Below, piece after piece: positions 47,789-48,789 of a DNA stretch of 48,789 nucleotides. The translations under genes and the position numbers were made by a program. The stretch spans positions 1 to 48,789 of the forward strand of contig CAZDIS010000001.1 of assembly GCA_964505585.1 (NCBI GenBank). The letters run 5' to 3'. How positions within the stretch are numbered: position 1 is the stretch's first letter; each line of letters opens with the position of its first letter. The DNA is from an uncultured Pelolinea sp. (GTDB lineage Bacteria > Chloroflexota > Anaerolineae > Anaerolineales > Anaerolineaceae). The notes beneath the pieces are model-generated. The model did not search any database and was not told the DNA's origin. It saw only the letters and a program-made list of their open reading frames with translations.

Positions 47789-48789
47789 TTATTCTGCGGG
47801 CCAGGACTCATCGATTTGCTGCAGAGCAGTTTCTTCATCGATTGATCCACTGACATAATCTGTCATGTATTTCCAGAACGTACCCTGACCAACTGCCTGC
47901 GGCATCAGGTCGGATGCGTCAAAGCGGAAGGAGTCAGCGTTCAGCAGAATCTCAGCAACTTTGCGGGTCACTGCGTCCTGGTACCAGTCTAGACTTGAGT
48001 CGTTGTGCGGTGAAATTGCGCCGCCAGCTTCAACCCAACCCTTGACGGAATCACCAGTTGAGAAGTACTGCATAACGGCACGCACTTCGGGGCGATCATT
48101 GAACATGGAGTAAATATCGCCTGCGCCGAGAACTGGTTTACCATATGCTTCATCGATTGGCGGGAGGTAGAAGAAATCATAGTCTTCGCCTGCCGTTAGC
48201 CCTTCTGGGAAGAAGGAGGTGATGAAGTTACCCTGGCGGTGGAGCCAGCATCCGGGGGGTGAATCAAACATTGGTGCGGGAGCATCACCGAAGGATGTCG
48301 TGGGTATGGATGCCTGTCCGCCGAACACATAGTCATCATTGAACCAGATTGCTGTAATGTAGCTCAGCGCGTTCTTTACTTCTGGTGAGTTGAAGGGCAA
48401 TTCGCCGGCAACCCATTTGTCATAATTCTCAAGCGATGTCGTGCGCAGCATTACATCTTCGATCCAGTCGGTCATTGCCCAACCGGTCGCAGCGCCAGAT
48501 TCAATACCAATACACCATGCGGTGTCGCCATCAGCCGCGATGGTTTCTGTCAGGGTCATTAGTTCTTCCCATGTGGTTGGTACGGTGTACCCTGCGGCAT
48601 CAAATGAAGCCTTAGGATAGAATACCAGGGATTTGCCATTCGCGCGTCCCCACACACCAGCCATAATCGGCCCATCTGGACCTTCCATCGTGCCCATGTC
48701 AAGCCATGACTGGATGTAATTCTCTTCTAACCAATCAGATGGAATAACATCATTCAGATCAACCACCTGTCCCTTGGCTACCATCGTGG
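47789..48789 (-). CDS. Carbohydrate ABC substrate-binding protein, AglE-like, partial; the start lies beyond the window end
   Basis: KSLVFYPK, WCIGIESGAATGW, DWIED, HRQGNFITSFFP, RFDASDLMP..VG.GTFW resemble alpha-glucoside-binding AglE proteins. The frame is open to the window edge. Confidence 0.88.
   Translation of the reverse strand, partial: TMVAKGQVVDLNDVIPSDWLEENYIQSWLDMGTMEGPDGPIMAGVWGRANGKSLVFYPKASFDAAGYTVPTTWEELMTLTETIAADGDTAWCIGIESGAATGWAMTDWIEDVMLRTTSLENYDKWVAGELPFNSPEVKNALSYITAIWFNDDYVFGGQASIPTTSFGDAPAPMFDSPPGCWLHRQGNFITSFFPEGLTAGEDYDFFYLPPIDEAYGKPVLGAGDIYSMFNDRPEVRAVMQYFSTGDSVKGWVEAGGAISPHNDSSLDWYQDAVTRKVAEILLNADSFRFDASDLMPQAVGQGTFWKYMTDYVSGSIDEETALQQIDESWPAE

Noticed and set aside
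1-48789. Mobile elements, CRISPR arrays, tRNA/rRNA, reverse transcriptase or defence systems
   Set aside because: No integrase, transposase, RT or nuclease motifs and no spaced direct repeats were seen. The intergenic gaps are short and showed no tRNA-like sequence on reading; no covariance search was run.

Overview
This is a gene-dense bacterial chromosomal segment with about 40 CDS. I found no rRNA, tRNA, CRISPR array, integrase or transposase. The gene set (mevalonate-type decarboxylase, archaeal/SCP2-type thiolase, Pro/Thr-rich LysM and NBR1-Ig surface proteins, FabL) suggests an Anaerolineae-like Chloroflexota organism; that is an inference. 1-27 kb is mostly housekeeping: hemW, a LysM protein, trxB, fabL, a cyclase, thiolase, an AlkZ-like protein, a GH13, a divergent ftsZ operon with mvaD, rseP, acyP, pth-mfd-uvrB, ytxH and nnr. 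27-37 kb holds a heterodimeric ABC exporter and an accessory cluster (zinc-ribbon membrane proteins, a lipoprotein, a CarD-family protein, an amidohydrolase) with strand-specific C-rich patches. 37-49 kb is a carbohydrate locus: a MalK/MsmK ATPase and malQ converge on AglEFG-type ABC, GH1, a P-loop kinase, a GH13_18 phosphorylase and treS. Best leads: (1) an uncharacterised uridine-kinase/PRK-fold kinase gene coupled to a phosphorylase carrying sucrose-6F-phosphate phosphorylase signatures, downstream of an alpha-glucoside importer, which may be an undescribed sucrose catabolic route; (2) an FtsZ-family protein with intact GTP-binding and C-terminal peptide motifs but a degenerate T7 catalytic loop; (3) C-skew patches that ignore gene boundaries and orientation.
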